In this document: piece after piece, positions 25,540-37,696 of the stretch
Numbering within the stretch: the first letter of the stretch is position 1
How the letters are laid out: each line of letters starts with the position of its first letter
Source: Vicugna vicugna
Lineage: Eukaryota
Length of the DNA stretch: 64,000 nucleotides
NCBI GenBank assembly: GCA_013265495.1
Contig: MU061578.1
Location: 1,311,308 to 1,375,307, forward strand
Reading direction: 5' to 3'
The notes under the pieces: generated by a model
Told to the model about the DNA's origin: nothing
The model's input: the letters and a program-made list of their open reading frames with translations, nothing else
The model's database searches: none
Program-made: the position numbers and the translations under genes

Positions 25540-25822
25540 CAGATCACAGACATTGAAAATAAGCTTATGGTTCCCAAAGGGGAAAGGGGCGGGGAAGACA
25601 GATTAGGTATTTAGGATTGACAGATACACACTACTATGTATAAAATTGAGACACAACAAGGACCTTCTGTACAGCACAGAGAACTATATTCAATACCTTG
25701 TAATAACCTATAATGGAAAAGAATCTGAAAAAGAATGTATACGCATATGTGTAACTGAATCTCTTTGCTGTACACCTGAAACTAACACAACATTGTAAAT
25801 AAACTATACATCAATATTAAAA
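25540..25822 (+). mobile_element. 5'-truncated cetartiodactyl L1 3' UTR
   Basis: Same 3' UTR type as 5985-6419 (gtaataacctataatggaaaagaatctgaaaaag...cctgaaactaacacaacattgtaaat). Confidence 0.9.
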
Positions 25823-25829
25823 CATTACA

Positions 25830-26050
25830 ACACAGAGCTAAGAGTTCAGGATTTGCCAGATTCATATCCTCTCTCTAGTTGTCTCAGTTTTTTTTTTAAT
25901 TATTAATTTGATGTTACCCTCCGAGCCTTGGCTTCTGTATATATAAAATGAGAGGTAACAGTTGTACATGATTTATGGTGCTACTGTGTATATTTTATAT
26001 GCATGTGAAGTGCTTAGACTACAGCACGCAGGAAACAGGTAAGCACAAAA
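25830..26050 (+). mobile_element. MIR SINE
   Basis: aagagttcaggatttgccagattc...taaaatgagaggtaacag...gcatgtgaagtgcttag. Confidence 0.65.
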
Positions 26051-27094
26051 AATTACACCTCTCAATATCCCCCAATTGTTGTACATCACTGAACACATAG
26101 TAGAGAGTCAATTGGTCAATGCTGTGTGAAGGAAAAATGTAATAATTACAGGAGTAACACTAATCAATTATATCCAGTTAGGTGTTACCTAAATTCCACA
26201 AAGTCACAGAAAAGTTTTTGTTTGTTTGTTTGTTTGCATCATGCATTCTCCCCTTGGGAGTCAGTTCAACAACTTGGTCATTAAAACAAATATCTTGCAT
26301 TTCCAACGAACTTAGTGGCATAAAACGGAAGGCAATTACTCCACTCCGACACAGGCTGAATATGCAGCATGCCTTAATTTATTCTAATTTAATATTCAAA
26401 AGAATATCCTTAAGGTAATATCCTTCCACAGCTCACAATCACTGCAACACACCAAATTAAGGCCAACATCCATCAAGTGCACGAGAGCTGAACCCCCAGA
26501 GCAGAAAGCAAACCTCAGATCTGAGGAAGTGCCCGGAGTCAGCCTGGAGCAGGCAGAACACCCTTGTGCATTGAGAAGACACCCTCTTGTCTTTATCCAA
26601 ACTTAGCTCATTAACCCGTCGATACGCCATCAGTGCCTAAGCGTAAGCAAAGCAGACATATTTACACATCGATGCCGATTGGTCCCCAGTCACCCAAACC
26701 CAAGGGCTCCATTAGAAGCTGATGTACAGGATAACATCCCTCCTGTCTGGGATCTAGACTAGAGATAGCCTGGCGCAGGGAACCCTGCACACACTTGTAG
26801 AATGCCTTGGAGACAAGCCCACTCTCCACTTGCCAAGACACCTAACCTCTTCTACAGGCATTTTCCATCCTTCTGATTAAAATAAGGCAGACGTCTCACT
26901 TGGCTGCCGCTTTGATTCTCAGAACTGCTGATCACCCTTTGAATAAAGCAGGTCAAATTTAGGAATAAGATGTCCACAGAGTGTTTGTGTGTGTGTGTGT
27001 GTGTGTGCGTGTGTGCGCACTGCGGATAAGGTCTGCATTGCCAAATATTCAAAGATGGAAGATGATTATACTGATTACCACTATTGATTCCATG

Positions 27095-27405
27095 TATGTC
27101 AAGTTATCTATTACCTCAAAACTTTTAAAACCTACAACAGCAATAGTCATCCATTATCTCATGGTTTCTCTGGATCGGGAGTTCAGACAATACAGTAGCC
27201 AGATGGTCTTGGCCCTACCATGCTAGAGATCTCAGTTGAAGACTTAAGACTTGGGGGATCGGGAAGGGAGGCTGGAATCACCTGGAGGTTTGGTTGAACC
27301 TGGAGGATCTGCTTCTAAAGTGTCTTACCTGTGGGCGAGTTGGGGCTGGCTGTTGGCAGGAGGCCTCAGTTCCTCCTCATACACCCTCTCTCCATAGGCA
27401 TCAGG
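27095..27405 (-). mobile_element. MLT1 LTR fragment
   Basis: attatctcatggtttctctggatcgggagttcaga and tggctgttggcaggaggcctcagttcctc motifs. Confidence 0.7.
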
Positions 27406-27480
27406 CATCTTTCTCTTAAGTTTTTCCCCAGATACCAAGGTGATGATACATAGCACTTCTCAATTTCCACTAATGTCATT

Positions 27481-28440
27481 CTTTTTTTAAAATTTCACAT
27501 TGGATTTGTGTAACATATACATAATGTAAAATTTACCATCTCATCCATTCTTTTAGTGTGCCGTTCTCTGGCATTAAGTACACTGACACTGTTGTGCAAC
27601 CATCACCATCACCCATCTCTGAACCTTTTTTGGTTTTGCAAAACTTAAACTTTGTACTCATGAAATAATAGCTCCCATTCCCCATCCTCCCAGCCCCTGA
27701 CGACCACCATTCTACTTCCTGTCTCTATGAACTTGACTAGTCCATGCACCTCACGCAAAGGGAGTCATACAGTATCTGTCTTTCTGTGACTGGCTTACTT
27801 CCCTTAGCATAATGTCTTCATGGGTCATCTCTGTTGTGAGATGTGTCAGATCTTCCTTTTTTAAAGCTGAGAGACGGCCCACTTGATGGATGTAATGATT
27901 CGTTCATCTACTGATGGACACTTAGGTTGGCTTAATCTTTTAACTGTCGTGAATAATTCTACTAGGCACGTGGGATGGGTTTGAGATGCTACTTGCAGCC
28001 CTTTTGAGGAGATACCCACAATTAGAATTGCCGGATCATATGGTGATTCTATTTTTATTTCTCTCTCTCTCTTTTTTTTTTCTGAGGAACAACCATACTG
28101 TTTACATTCCCAACAGCAATGCACACAGTGGGCTTCAATTTCTCCACATCTTCGTCAACACTCGCTTTCAGTTTGTCTTTGTTTTAGGACAGTCATCCTA
28201 ATGAGTATTAAGTGGCATCTCCTTGTGGTTTTGATCGGCATTTCCCTGATGATTAGTGATGCTGGCGTCATTTCAAGTGCATAGTGGCTATTTGCATATC
28301 TTCTTTGGAGAAATGTCTATTCAAATCCTTTGCCCAATTTTGAATCAGATTGCTTGTTGTTGTTGTACTTTAGGGGTTCTCTGTCTAATATAAGGGGCTT
28401 TAATCCCTTGTCAGATAGGTGATGGTATCTCTTTTTTCCT
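27481..28440 (-). mobile_element. Old LINE-1 (L1MA/MB): degraded ORF2 C-terminus and 3' UTR
   Basis: Minus-strand translation HCCWECK...IESPYDPAI...QPKCPSVDE; ttctttggagaaatgtctattcaaatcctttgccca; T-rich tail at ~27482. Confidence 0.92.
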
Positions 28441-29757
28441 CTCCATCCCTGGAGCCCAGAGTGAGAGGCAGACAAGGAGACTCTCATCACTCAAGCGCAG
28501 GCGGTTAACCAGCGAAACTGGCTGGGGGAGATTTGTTTTGGGAGAAAAGGGGCTGGCAAGGATGCTGATGGAACAGGAGAGGGATCTCGCCCCTTGTTCT
28601 CCCTTCTTCCTTCCTGGACAGATCGGCAAGAATCAGCTTGATTACCTGCAAACCACAAGGTAAGACATGCACGCTGTGCATTTTCTTCCCAGCCCATTTT
28701 ATGTTCCCCCACAATACGGGCTAAAGTAGCATTTTAAAAATGTAGGTCAAGATAAAAAGAGATTTAACTTTTAATGTTTGAATTAAAACAGCATGAGCAA
28801 CTTCTCTGAATACAATAAAAGAAAAAAAAAACACTACAGGATATTCCCTGAAACAATCATTTCTAACTATTTCCCTCTGCATTTCATAAATAATAAATGT
28901 GTTAAAAAAATAACCCCGTAGTAACACATTCTCTAATATACTAGTTATGCAAGCTGGATATAACTCTAAAAATCCCTAAATGTGAAAAAAATTGAATTTG
29001 GAGGGACTTTTTTAAAGCTCAAAATTAAATTTCCCTGGCACCATGCAGACCTTTTCCCTCACAGCTATAGTCATAACTGGATTTTTAAGCCTTCTGAAAA
29101 CATTGTGGTTTGCAATAAAGCAAAACACTGTCTCAAAAACTGCTTAGAATACAGAAAAGCACACTTCTGATGTATATCAGAGGGCCACTGTTTACCTGGT
29201 GGAGGCATCGAAATGTCTTGTGGATGCTGTCTTGACGACTGTGACCTCCTTGCACTGGGACTTGAACCACACCCCTGTACTCATTATGGGTTAAAAATAT
29301 GAGCTCCATCCCTTTTAAGTTGGCAATAAGGTAGTTTTCCTAGCTTCTTATCCCTATTTCAACCCTTAGCACTCACTTCTCTGTGACAGAAGTTAGGAGT
29401 CAAGCAATAGTAAAAACTTGAACGTACTTGGCTTCCAGGCATGGAATGTGCTGGCTCTGAAGGTAGTGGGGTGTCCAGGAAAAGGGATGCTTAATAAAGT
29501 ATTGGAGGGCTGCAATGTGGGCCTGTGAATAAAACACTAGACTGGGGAAGGAAGGAAGCAAGCCACTTTCCTGGCTTCTCCCTGAACTCTCTGGTGTCTG
29601 CTTACTTGGAACTCAAGCACATGTGTGCCCATGCAGATCTGTTGCTCTGTGAACATCTTTACTTCTCAAAGACAGGAGATGACATCTGCTTCAGGGACTT
29701 GATGCTCAGCTATTGGACAACAGATGCTCCAGTGTGCTACACTTTCAAGTTTCAGTT

Positions 29758-30246
29758 GTGATGATGGTGGTGATGATGGTGGTAATGGTGATGATGGTGG
29801 TGATGGTGGAGGTGGTGATGATGGTGGTTGTGATGATGGTGGTGATGGTGGAGGTGGTGATGATGGTGGTGGTGGTGATGGTGGAGGTGGTGATGATGGT
29901 GGTGGTGATGATGGTGGTAATGGTCATGGTGATGATGGTGGTGATGGTGGTGATGGTGGAGGTGGTGATGATGGTGGTAATGGTCATGGTGATGATGGTG
30001 GCAATGGTGGTGGTGATGGTGGTGGTGGTGGTGATGGTGGAGGTGGTGATGATGGTGGTGGTGATGATGGTGGCAATGGTCGTGGTGATGATGGTGGTAA
30101 TGGTGGTGATGGTGGTGATGGTGGAGGTGGTGATGATGGTGGTGGTGATGATGGTGGTGATGGTGGTGATGGTGGTGGTGATGATGGTGGTGATGGTGGT
30201 GATGGTGATGATGGTGGCAATGGTGGTGGTAATGGTGGTGGTGGTA
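29758..30246. repeat. ~490-bp imperfect trinucleotide repeat (GGT/GAT)n
   Basis: Directly visible; produces the poly-M/V, poly-G/D, poly-T/I and poly-P/S ORFs. Confidence 0.97.
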
Positions 30247-31614
30247 AGTGGCTGATTTGGGGGTTGTTTGTTATCGTTGTCCTGTGTGTATGTGTATGTT
30301 TTCACAGTGGAGGAAAAAAAAAGAAGAAAAGCAAATAATTTGAAAACGATAAAATGCACAAACACAACTGCTATGGACTGGTATGCTTTACAGTTTTCAC
30401 TTCCCACTTGACCTCACGCTGCCTCAGTCATCTGAGGGCTCTTTTCTGAAGAATCTTAAATGAATGCAATTTCACTGGAGATCTTGGGAGCTACGGGCCA
30501 ACTGTCCAACACATCACTGATCCCAAGGAATTTATAGTCTCCTTGGGTCAACAAGGTTGCCCCAGACAAAATGATTAGGGAAGACAAGAGTGTGCATAAT
30601 TAACATGTTAAAGGAGTCTTGTTTCTGAGTTCAAGGCTCTTTCCTCAAGCGTGTGCAGAGTTCCAAACTGCCAGCTCATCTTTCATTATCCTGCAACAAT
30701 CTCTGCTCTAAAAGTGTCACTTGCTGGCTCTAGAAATTGACACTTTATTCCTCTTTTCTTCCCATCCGCTTCCTCCAGGTCCCCTCCACCCAAAGGTTCA
30801 CAACCTTGGCCATGAGTTTTTAAAAGTCTCCATGCCTGGGGATCCCCGGACCAATTAAATCAGAGTCTTTGGGGGCAGCACCCAGGCATCAACATTTTCA
30901 AACACCTCCCCCACCCACAATGCCAGTGTGCCAACACTGAGAACCCCAACCCCGCACACTAAGAATGATGCCATCTGCTGAAGGCATCAAAAGCCACTGG
31001 GCAAAGCAGCATCTCCCAGTGAGCTGAGGGTTCAGCTGGAGTTGGGGAAACCACGAATCTAGAGACTCTGGGGTGGGGTGAAGAGCTGCAGAAGCAAAGC
31101 AGCCGCTCAGGGGACACTTTAGGAAACTGAGTTTATTGTCACTAGCATCACTAATAGCATCAGATTATTATTTTACACAGAAACAATCTGTTGTGAGAGC
31201 TACACAAATTCAGCTCCGTTAGAATTAGGTTTCTGGTTCTCCAATTTGGCTCAATTCAGCAGAACAAACATTCACCATGAAACTTCAGCGTTCCAAGTCT
31301 TATGAGGGCACTGAGGTACCAGGATGGATGAGTGCTCTACTGTGCCCTAAAAATTGCCCTCCAGGCCCGGGGAAGCCAGGTGATGACACCATCACTATTA
31401 TTATTCTGCAGGCAACAGATGTTTCTCTGGCCCCTGCTGCAAGTCAGGCACTGTTCTAGGCAGTGAGGGCAGCGCAGGGAGCGCAGCAGAAGAGAAGGAA
31501 AAAGAAAACCTCTGAACTTGCTTTGGTCCCTCTGGAAAGAAAGGAAGAGGAGAAACATTTTTGCAAGAGATCAGCCTGTTCAGGTGAGGCTGTGATAATG
31601 GATTCGCTTCCACT

Positions 31615-31775
31615 GGAGCTTGGTGGACGAGCAGCACTGGTTTGACCTGGGAACTTGCTAGACATTCACATTCCCGAGCCGCACCCAGAGTCGAGGGAGG
31701 CAGAAATTCTGAGGGTGGGGGGTCCACCAAGCCTTTCGGGGGATCCCTCTGCAAACTGGAGTTTGAGACTCCCTG
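31615..31775. mobile_element. MER5-like DNA transposon
   Basis: acctgggaacttgctagacattcacattcc...cagaaattctgagggtggggg...agtttgagactccctg. Confidence 0.7.
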
Positions 31776-33019
31776 GTGCAGGAAAAGAGGAAGAGCTCCT
31801 GGAATTAGGTGGTCAAGGGTTAATACCCATGCGTGGTGGATTAGCAGCCACTGGGAAAGCTGGCTAAGTAGTGGCCAGAGGCTTGGAGGGGAGCGAAGGG
31901 GGAGCAATCACACTCCAGCAACAACGAGAAGCACAGATTAGCACATCCTGGGGGAACACCTGCAAGGGGGATGCACTGAGTCTAAATGAAAAACAAAAGT
32001 AAAGAAGAGCCATGTGGGTTTTTATTTATTTATCTGTTTGTTTGTCTGTTTATTTATTTATTTTATTTATTTATTTTTGTATCAGCATGGAATGGAGAGC
32101 ACCAGATTGAAATGCTACTTTTAAGAACTCAAAGGACTCAGAAGAAACATTTAAAGGATGAGTCCTTGAGAGGTGTATTCTCTTTCACCTGTTCTTAAAG
32201 AGAAGAAGAGGCAAGTGGCATCTCTCCCTTAACTATGCACAGATGGTCCTTCAGACCACAAAGCTGTGTCTTCTCCACCTTCAAGACAAAGGGAGCCCAG
32301 GGCTCCCTGCAGAAGAATGCAAGGATACCAGACTACACTATTTTTCAAGAGCCTGCCGGAGATCCCCCCTCCATTTACCCCTCCATTTACTGCCCACTCC
32401 CATCCCCTCACCGACCCTACCCCATTTTCTGAAAAAGCCTCCCAGGCTTACGGCCTCTCCGGCCACTGTAAATGTCATCCACATTGTCTACCTGTTGAAC
32501 CGAGTATCTACATCTGACCAAGAGCAGGGGAGATTCTGACACGTGCCCAGTGGTGAGGACACGAAAGAAATTTTCTGCATGCAGGGTCCCCTGCTATAAA
32601 TCTCAGCACACCCAGTCATTGGTAAGCATGGATGATTTGGACACCATTTTTGGTTTGGTTTATAGACCAGGTGGAGAGATCTGCCCTCCAGGATTTAAAT
32701 ATGTCTAGGTTATTTATGCAAAAAATCTGAATGAATAAATAAGTGACAAAACAAAATGACTTAGAGAGAGAGAATTACAGATTTTTAAAAAATCCTACAA
32801 CGTCACGGGCAACTCCCTACAGATTGTTTGACCAGGCTTATTTCATTTGTTTCCAAAGGATCATGCCTCCTGGAGAAGATTTACCATTCTTTGCTTGTCT
32901 GCTTGTGTTTATGTTTTTAAAATCAATCTTGACATACCTACTATCAAATACTTGATCAAACACAAGCCCTTAGTATTCTGGGCTCCGTCCCGAGCTCTTT
33001 GCAGCTCCCATCTCTTTTA

Positions 33020-33255
33020 TTGATGCCTCCAAATATTTATTGACGGCTACTCCAGGCCAGCGATGGCTTTTTCCACTGAAGATTTGTCAGCGAATAAAAC
33101 ACACCCAAATCCCTGCCCTTGCGAAACTCACCTTCTAGTTGGAGGGCGGAGGGGTGAGGCAATAAAGAAGTAAGTGAACATGGTGGGTATTCAGTGACAA
33201 GTGCTAGGGAGAAAAGGAACACAGGGAAGAGGGCTGGAGATGCGGATATTTACCT
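33020..33255 (-). mobile_element. L2 3' fragment
   Basis: caaatatttattgacggctactccaggccag...ccctgcccttgcgaaactcaccttctagttgg. Confidence 0.75.
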
Positions 33256-33272
33256 TATTAAGGCCACGAGGT

Positions 33273-34130
33273 AATTATCAGAGAAATGCAAATCAAAACT
33301 ACAATGAGGTATCACCTCACACCAGTCAGAATGGCCGTCATTCAAAAATCCACAAATGACAAATGCTGGAGAGGCTGTGGAGAAAGGGGAACCCTCCTAC
33401 ACTGCTGGTGGGAATGCAGTTTGGTGCAGCCACTATGGAAAACAGTGTGGAGATTCCTCAAAAGACTAGGAATAGACTTACCATATGACCCAGGAATCCC
33501 ACTCCTGGGCTTGTACCCAGAAGGAAATCTACTTCAGGATGACACCTGCACCCCAATGTTCATAGCAGCACTATTTACAATAGCCAAAACATGGAAACAA
33601 CCTAAATGTCCATCAACAGGTGACTGGATAAAGAAGATGTGGTATATTTATACAATGGAATACTACTCAGCCATAAAAACCGACAACATAATGCCATTTG
33701 CAGCAACATGGATGATCCTAGAGAATGTCATTCTAAGTGAAGTAAGCCAGAAAGAGAAAGAAAAATACCATATGAGATCGCTCATATGTGGAATCTAAAA
33801 AACAAAAACAAACAAACAAACAAAAACAAAGCATAAATACAGGACAGAAATAGACTCATGGACAGAGAATACAGACTTGTGGTTACTGGTGGCGGGGGTA
33901 GAGGGTGGGAAGGGATAGACTGGGATTTCAAAATTGTAGAATAGATAAACAAGATTACACTGTATAGCACAGGGAAATATACACAAAATGTTATGATAAA
34001 TCACAGAGAAAAAAATGTGACAATGAGTGTGTATATGTCCATGAATGAGTGAAAAATTGTGCTGAACACTGGAATTTGACACAACACTGTAAAATGATTA
34101 TGAATCAATAAAAAATGTAAAAAAAAAAAA
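33273..34130 (+). mobile_element. Young 5'-truncated LINE-1 (camelid-type 3' UTR)
   Basis: Uninterrupted ORF2 C-terminal frame, 3' UTR, AATAAA and poly(A) at ~34119-34130; the 5' flank AAGGCCACGAGGT recurs only at 34850-34862. Confidence 0.96.
33286..33798 (+). pseudogene. LINE-1 ORF2p C-terminal 170 aa remnant (Cys-rich region); not an autonomous gene
   Basis: [17 protein letters not shown]...[18 protein letters not shown]...[14 protein letters not shown]...[18 protein letters not shown] is the canonical L1 ORF2p C-terminus; endonuclease and RT domains are absent. Confidence 0.95.
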
Positions 34131-34849
34131 GAAGTGATAGAAATGGACTAATAAGAAGTGATAGAAATGGACTAATCAGGTGTGATAGAAACAGACCAAT
34201 CAGGAGTGAGCTCCATGCAAATGAGGCATTACAAATGAACCAATGAGGAGTTAGCTCAGGGAACCAATAGAATCTTAGGGGTAAATTCCGCTTTCCTAGA
34301 AGCAAGCCATTTCAGAAGCAAGAAGCGGGATAATGACACCAGGCCAGGAAACGGATGATGCTGGGAGAAGAGTAGTGGCCCTGCCTGAGGGTCCTGCCAG
34401 TCTTTTTCATAGGGCTTCCCACCTCAGTTTCAAGAAGAAATTTTTTTTCTCTTTATTGATTATCCCTGAAAATTTGAGAAAAATATGATTTGCTAGAGCC
34501 ACATACTGGAGTGCATCCTGACCAGTACTCCATTGCTGGGCAGACGTGGGATGTGTGAAGAGTCATGCCAGAATGAACAGTTGCATTTTAATAGTCTAAA
34601 AACACTTGACAATAATTAGGCATAGTATTAGAATGAAATCAGGTAGGTTACTTTCTGGATTACAAGTTAACATTCTATTTTACTTCAGCATCATTTTAAA
34701 TAAAGATGTTCCACTCATATGAGATAGGAGAGAACTGATTGTTGAGGGGGGGAACAAGTTAAAACTGAAGTATTTCTGTAAAATGTTTTATTTGGAAAAT
34801 AGCCTGTGAAAAGTCAATAAAGGTTAAACTGAGTGGGGAAAAAAAAAAA
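34131..34849 (+). other. Probable L1 3'-transduced sequence with its own poly(A) signal and tail
   Basis: Non-L1 sequence between the L1 poly(A) and a second A13 run (34839-34851); AATAAA at 34816-34821; closed by the downstream TSD copy. Confidence 0.88.
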
Positions 34850-35059
34850 AAGGCCACGAGGTTAGGACTCGTGTTACATCATCTTGTAGGTGAGGGAATG
34901 GACGTCCAAAGGGATTAAGTCTCCTGCCTAAAGCCACATGGCTTGTAGGTGATGGGACATTTATTTGAATCCGAAGCAAAATGCTTAACCCCTGGGCTCT
35001 GATGTCTGTGATACTGGCCACTTCCCTGGTCCCCTCGTGCTTTAAAGCCTAGAAGGGAG

Positions 35060-35557
35060 CGTCGACTGAAATTAATGCGCAGCCCAAAAGTTGAGCATTG
35101 TGTTTTATTTGACGGACATTTCTGAGGACTCAAACCCCTTCGAGCCTGGGATGACAGCCTCTCAGATGGCTCTGAGGGGCTGCTCCAAAGAGGTAGGAGA
35201 GGAGCCAGGATATACAGGAGTTTTTACAACAAAGACCAGGTAGTTGGAACAATAAAAGATTACTTGTTATCTAAGGAAAACCAGGCGTTTCAAATTGAAG
35301 GATTTAGTGCTTTTCTATGTACGGGAGGAAGCAAACATTTGGGCTCATTGAATTCATTCCTTTGACAAGCACCTAGCTATCTAGGGCCAGTATCCTGTCC
35401 TTTCTTATTCTGAGTCCCCTCAGGGTGCACCATTGTGAGTGGCTGCAGAGGCCGGGCTGCAGGCTTGTCTTCACTGGGGGGTGGTGGCAGCCACTGATGA
35501 CTTGATGGCTTCAGCATTCTTTGTTTACTGACATGCTTTGCAGTATTTTTGTTCACA
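35060..35557 (-). mobile_element. Young ERV solo LTR, copy 2 (same family as 8167-8645)
   Basis: Reverse complement starts tgtgaacaaaaatactgcaaagcatgtcagtaaacaaagaatgctg; near-TSD ggag (35056-35059) / ggtg (35558-35561). Confidence 0.9.
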
Positions 35558-36883
35558 GGTGATGGGCAGAGGGTGTGCAGGCATCTTCCAGGCACCCTTG
35601 GGGACCCCCCTCCGTCCTGCGGTACCCCACTCCCTGCCCTGGAGGATGACCAGCAGACATTATAAAAGGAGCAGCTCCTTCCTACAGCTGGGCTGGACCA
35701 ATGGGGAGTTCAGGCAAGTGAGGAGAGGAGTGGAGGCCAGGGTCTTTATCCCACAGCTCATCTTGGGCCAGCTGCATCCCTGTCTCTTCCTGAGTTCCGG
35801 AAGCCACTCCCTCTTATCACCCTTAAGGGTAATAATATCTTTTATTTCAATAGCCCAGGGCACTCGCTGGTTCCAGTTTCTGGTTTCCTTATAGCCATAG
35901 AAATATAAGCAGCCTGTTTATCAAACTCTCCTTAAATCACCTGACTTGGGTGTGTTCTGGTTAGCCATCACCAACAAGGGCCAAAAGGAAATAGATACGT
36001 AGGCCACCTTGTCGAATGTCACAGACACACACCTGGAAATGCGGATGCTAACATAGGTGATTCATGGCCCTGTGATAAGGTAATCCCTCTGGAGATGAGG
36101 GCTGGCTTCCTAATTTGTTATCTACAGTCACCACACAATACGGCAATTATGGGAAGATGTTTCTACCTTCTCACAGGCTTTCACTTTTTGGAGTGGTGGA
36201 TGCTAGACGTTAAAACATGGTCTGCATCCCCTCAGCCCTCACATTCAACAGCCAGCGAGTGAAAGAACCACAGGTTCATTTATCCCTTGAAATATAAACT
36301 GACTCTTTGCTGAGAATCCAAGCACAGACGTAGGAAAATAAAAGGATGTTAATTGTGGGGAAAATACTGCAAACAAAAAGATTGGCAACCAGCTTGAAAT
36401 TCAGAAAGAGGTGTTCCAGTCTGCCAGTGCCGAGAGCGAAAGACTGCATTCACGGCCCTGGGCGGGCTGGCTGCGGTTCTAAAAGTCAGCATGCACAGGG
36501 CAGCGCCAGATGAGATATGTCATTACTGCTCGACACAGGACTGAAAGCCAGTGCTTTCCAATTTCTCAATCAGTCACAGTTTACATCAGGCCTTTCAAAG
36601 ATGTGGTTCATGCCTTAGACTTCCCTATCAGTAGCAGCCACTGAGTTCCACGTGTCCTGGGGGTTCCCTTCACATCCTGCTCCAAGTGTATGGTGCACCC
36701 TGGAGTTGTGCAGTGTGCAGCCTGCGTGGGGAATGTGTGCTGACTGAGATCAGAGTGGTGATGAACCTGGATAATAATGACAGCTCCCCGTTAATAACAG
36801 CAGTTATATGCTTTCAGTCTTCACAAGGTGTGAGGCATTATGCTAGGAGCTTTGTGCACATTCTGATTCAGGTAAGATTTCAG

Positions 36884-37465
36884 TGTAGTGTGCAGACTTC
36901 CAAGTGACCCTCAGTGACACCTGACTTCTGGTGTTCATGTCCTGGAATTATGTCCTCTTGGGAGTAGGTGGGATTTGTCACTTGCTTCCAATCAACAGAA
37001 CGTGGCAAAGGTGATGGAAAGTCACACTGGGACTGGGATACACGTATATGATTTTGTTTCTTTCCCCAGCGCTGGGCTTGAAGAAGCCAGCTGCCATGTC
37101 ATGAGAGAGTCTTTGACAAGGCCATGGGGGAAGGACATGGGTGGCCTCAACAAGCTGATGGCAGCTCCTAGGAGCTGAGAGTGATTTCTGGCCAACAGCC
37201 AGCAAGAAGCCAGGGCTCTCAGGCTCACAATCACGAGGAAATACATTGTGTCAACCACCCTAGTGAGCTCTGAAGCAGCTTTCGCCCCAGTCAAGCACCC
37301 AGGTGAGAACACAGCCCACCTAACATTTTCATTGTAGCCGTATGAAATCCGGAGCAGAGGACCCAGCGAAACTCAACTAAACTCAGCCCTTAGAAACTAT
37401 TACAATAAATATGCATCGAGCTGCTACATGTGTGGTGATTTGCAACACAGAATAGAAAATGTATG
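36884..37465 (+). mobile_element. MLT1F-like MaLR LTR inserted in a MIR
   Basis: acttgcttccaatcaacagaacgtggcaaaggtgatgg and gaagccagctgccatgt motifs; MIR-like halves at ~36770-36880 and ~37470-37630. Confidence 0.85.
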
Positions 37466-37696
37466 CCTTTAGTGAAGTCAGTACTAAGGCTACCACTGCC
37501 CAAATGAAGAAATGGTACTTTGGGGAGTTTGAGAAACATACCCAAGGCTGCACAGCCAGTGAGTGGTGCTGGAGCTCGAACCAAGGCCTGCCAAGTTCTG
37601 AAGTCTGCGGGCTTCACCACAACCACCAGAGATTCTATACTCCATTCACTGAGGTGCAACCCCAGAATCTGTGCTCTGTCAGTCTTAGTACAGAGT

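Noticed and set aside
29713..30407. Long ORFs of 180-220 aa (poly-M/V, G/D, T/I)
   Set aside because: All are translations of the (GGT/GAT)n repeat, with no domain or exon evidence.
33286..33798. Functional protein-coding gene
   Set aside because: 5'-truncated L1 ORF2 fragment lacking promoter, endonuclease and RT; the open frame reflects young age.
34129..34268. CRISPR-like array
   Set aside because: Units are directly adjacent and diverging, with no unique spacers and no cas genes, in mammalian DNA.
8167..35557. Single provirus or composite element bounded by the two young LTRs
   Set aside because: The LTRs are inverted, have separate TSDs, and no gag/pol/env lies between them.
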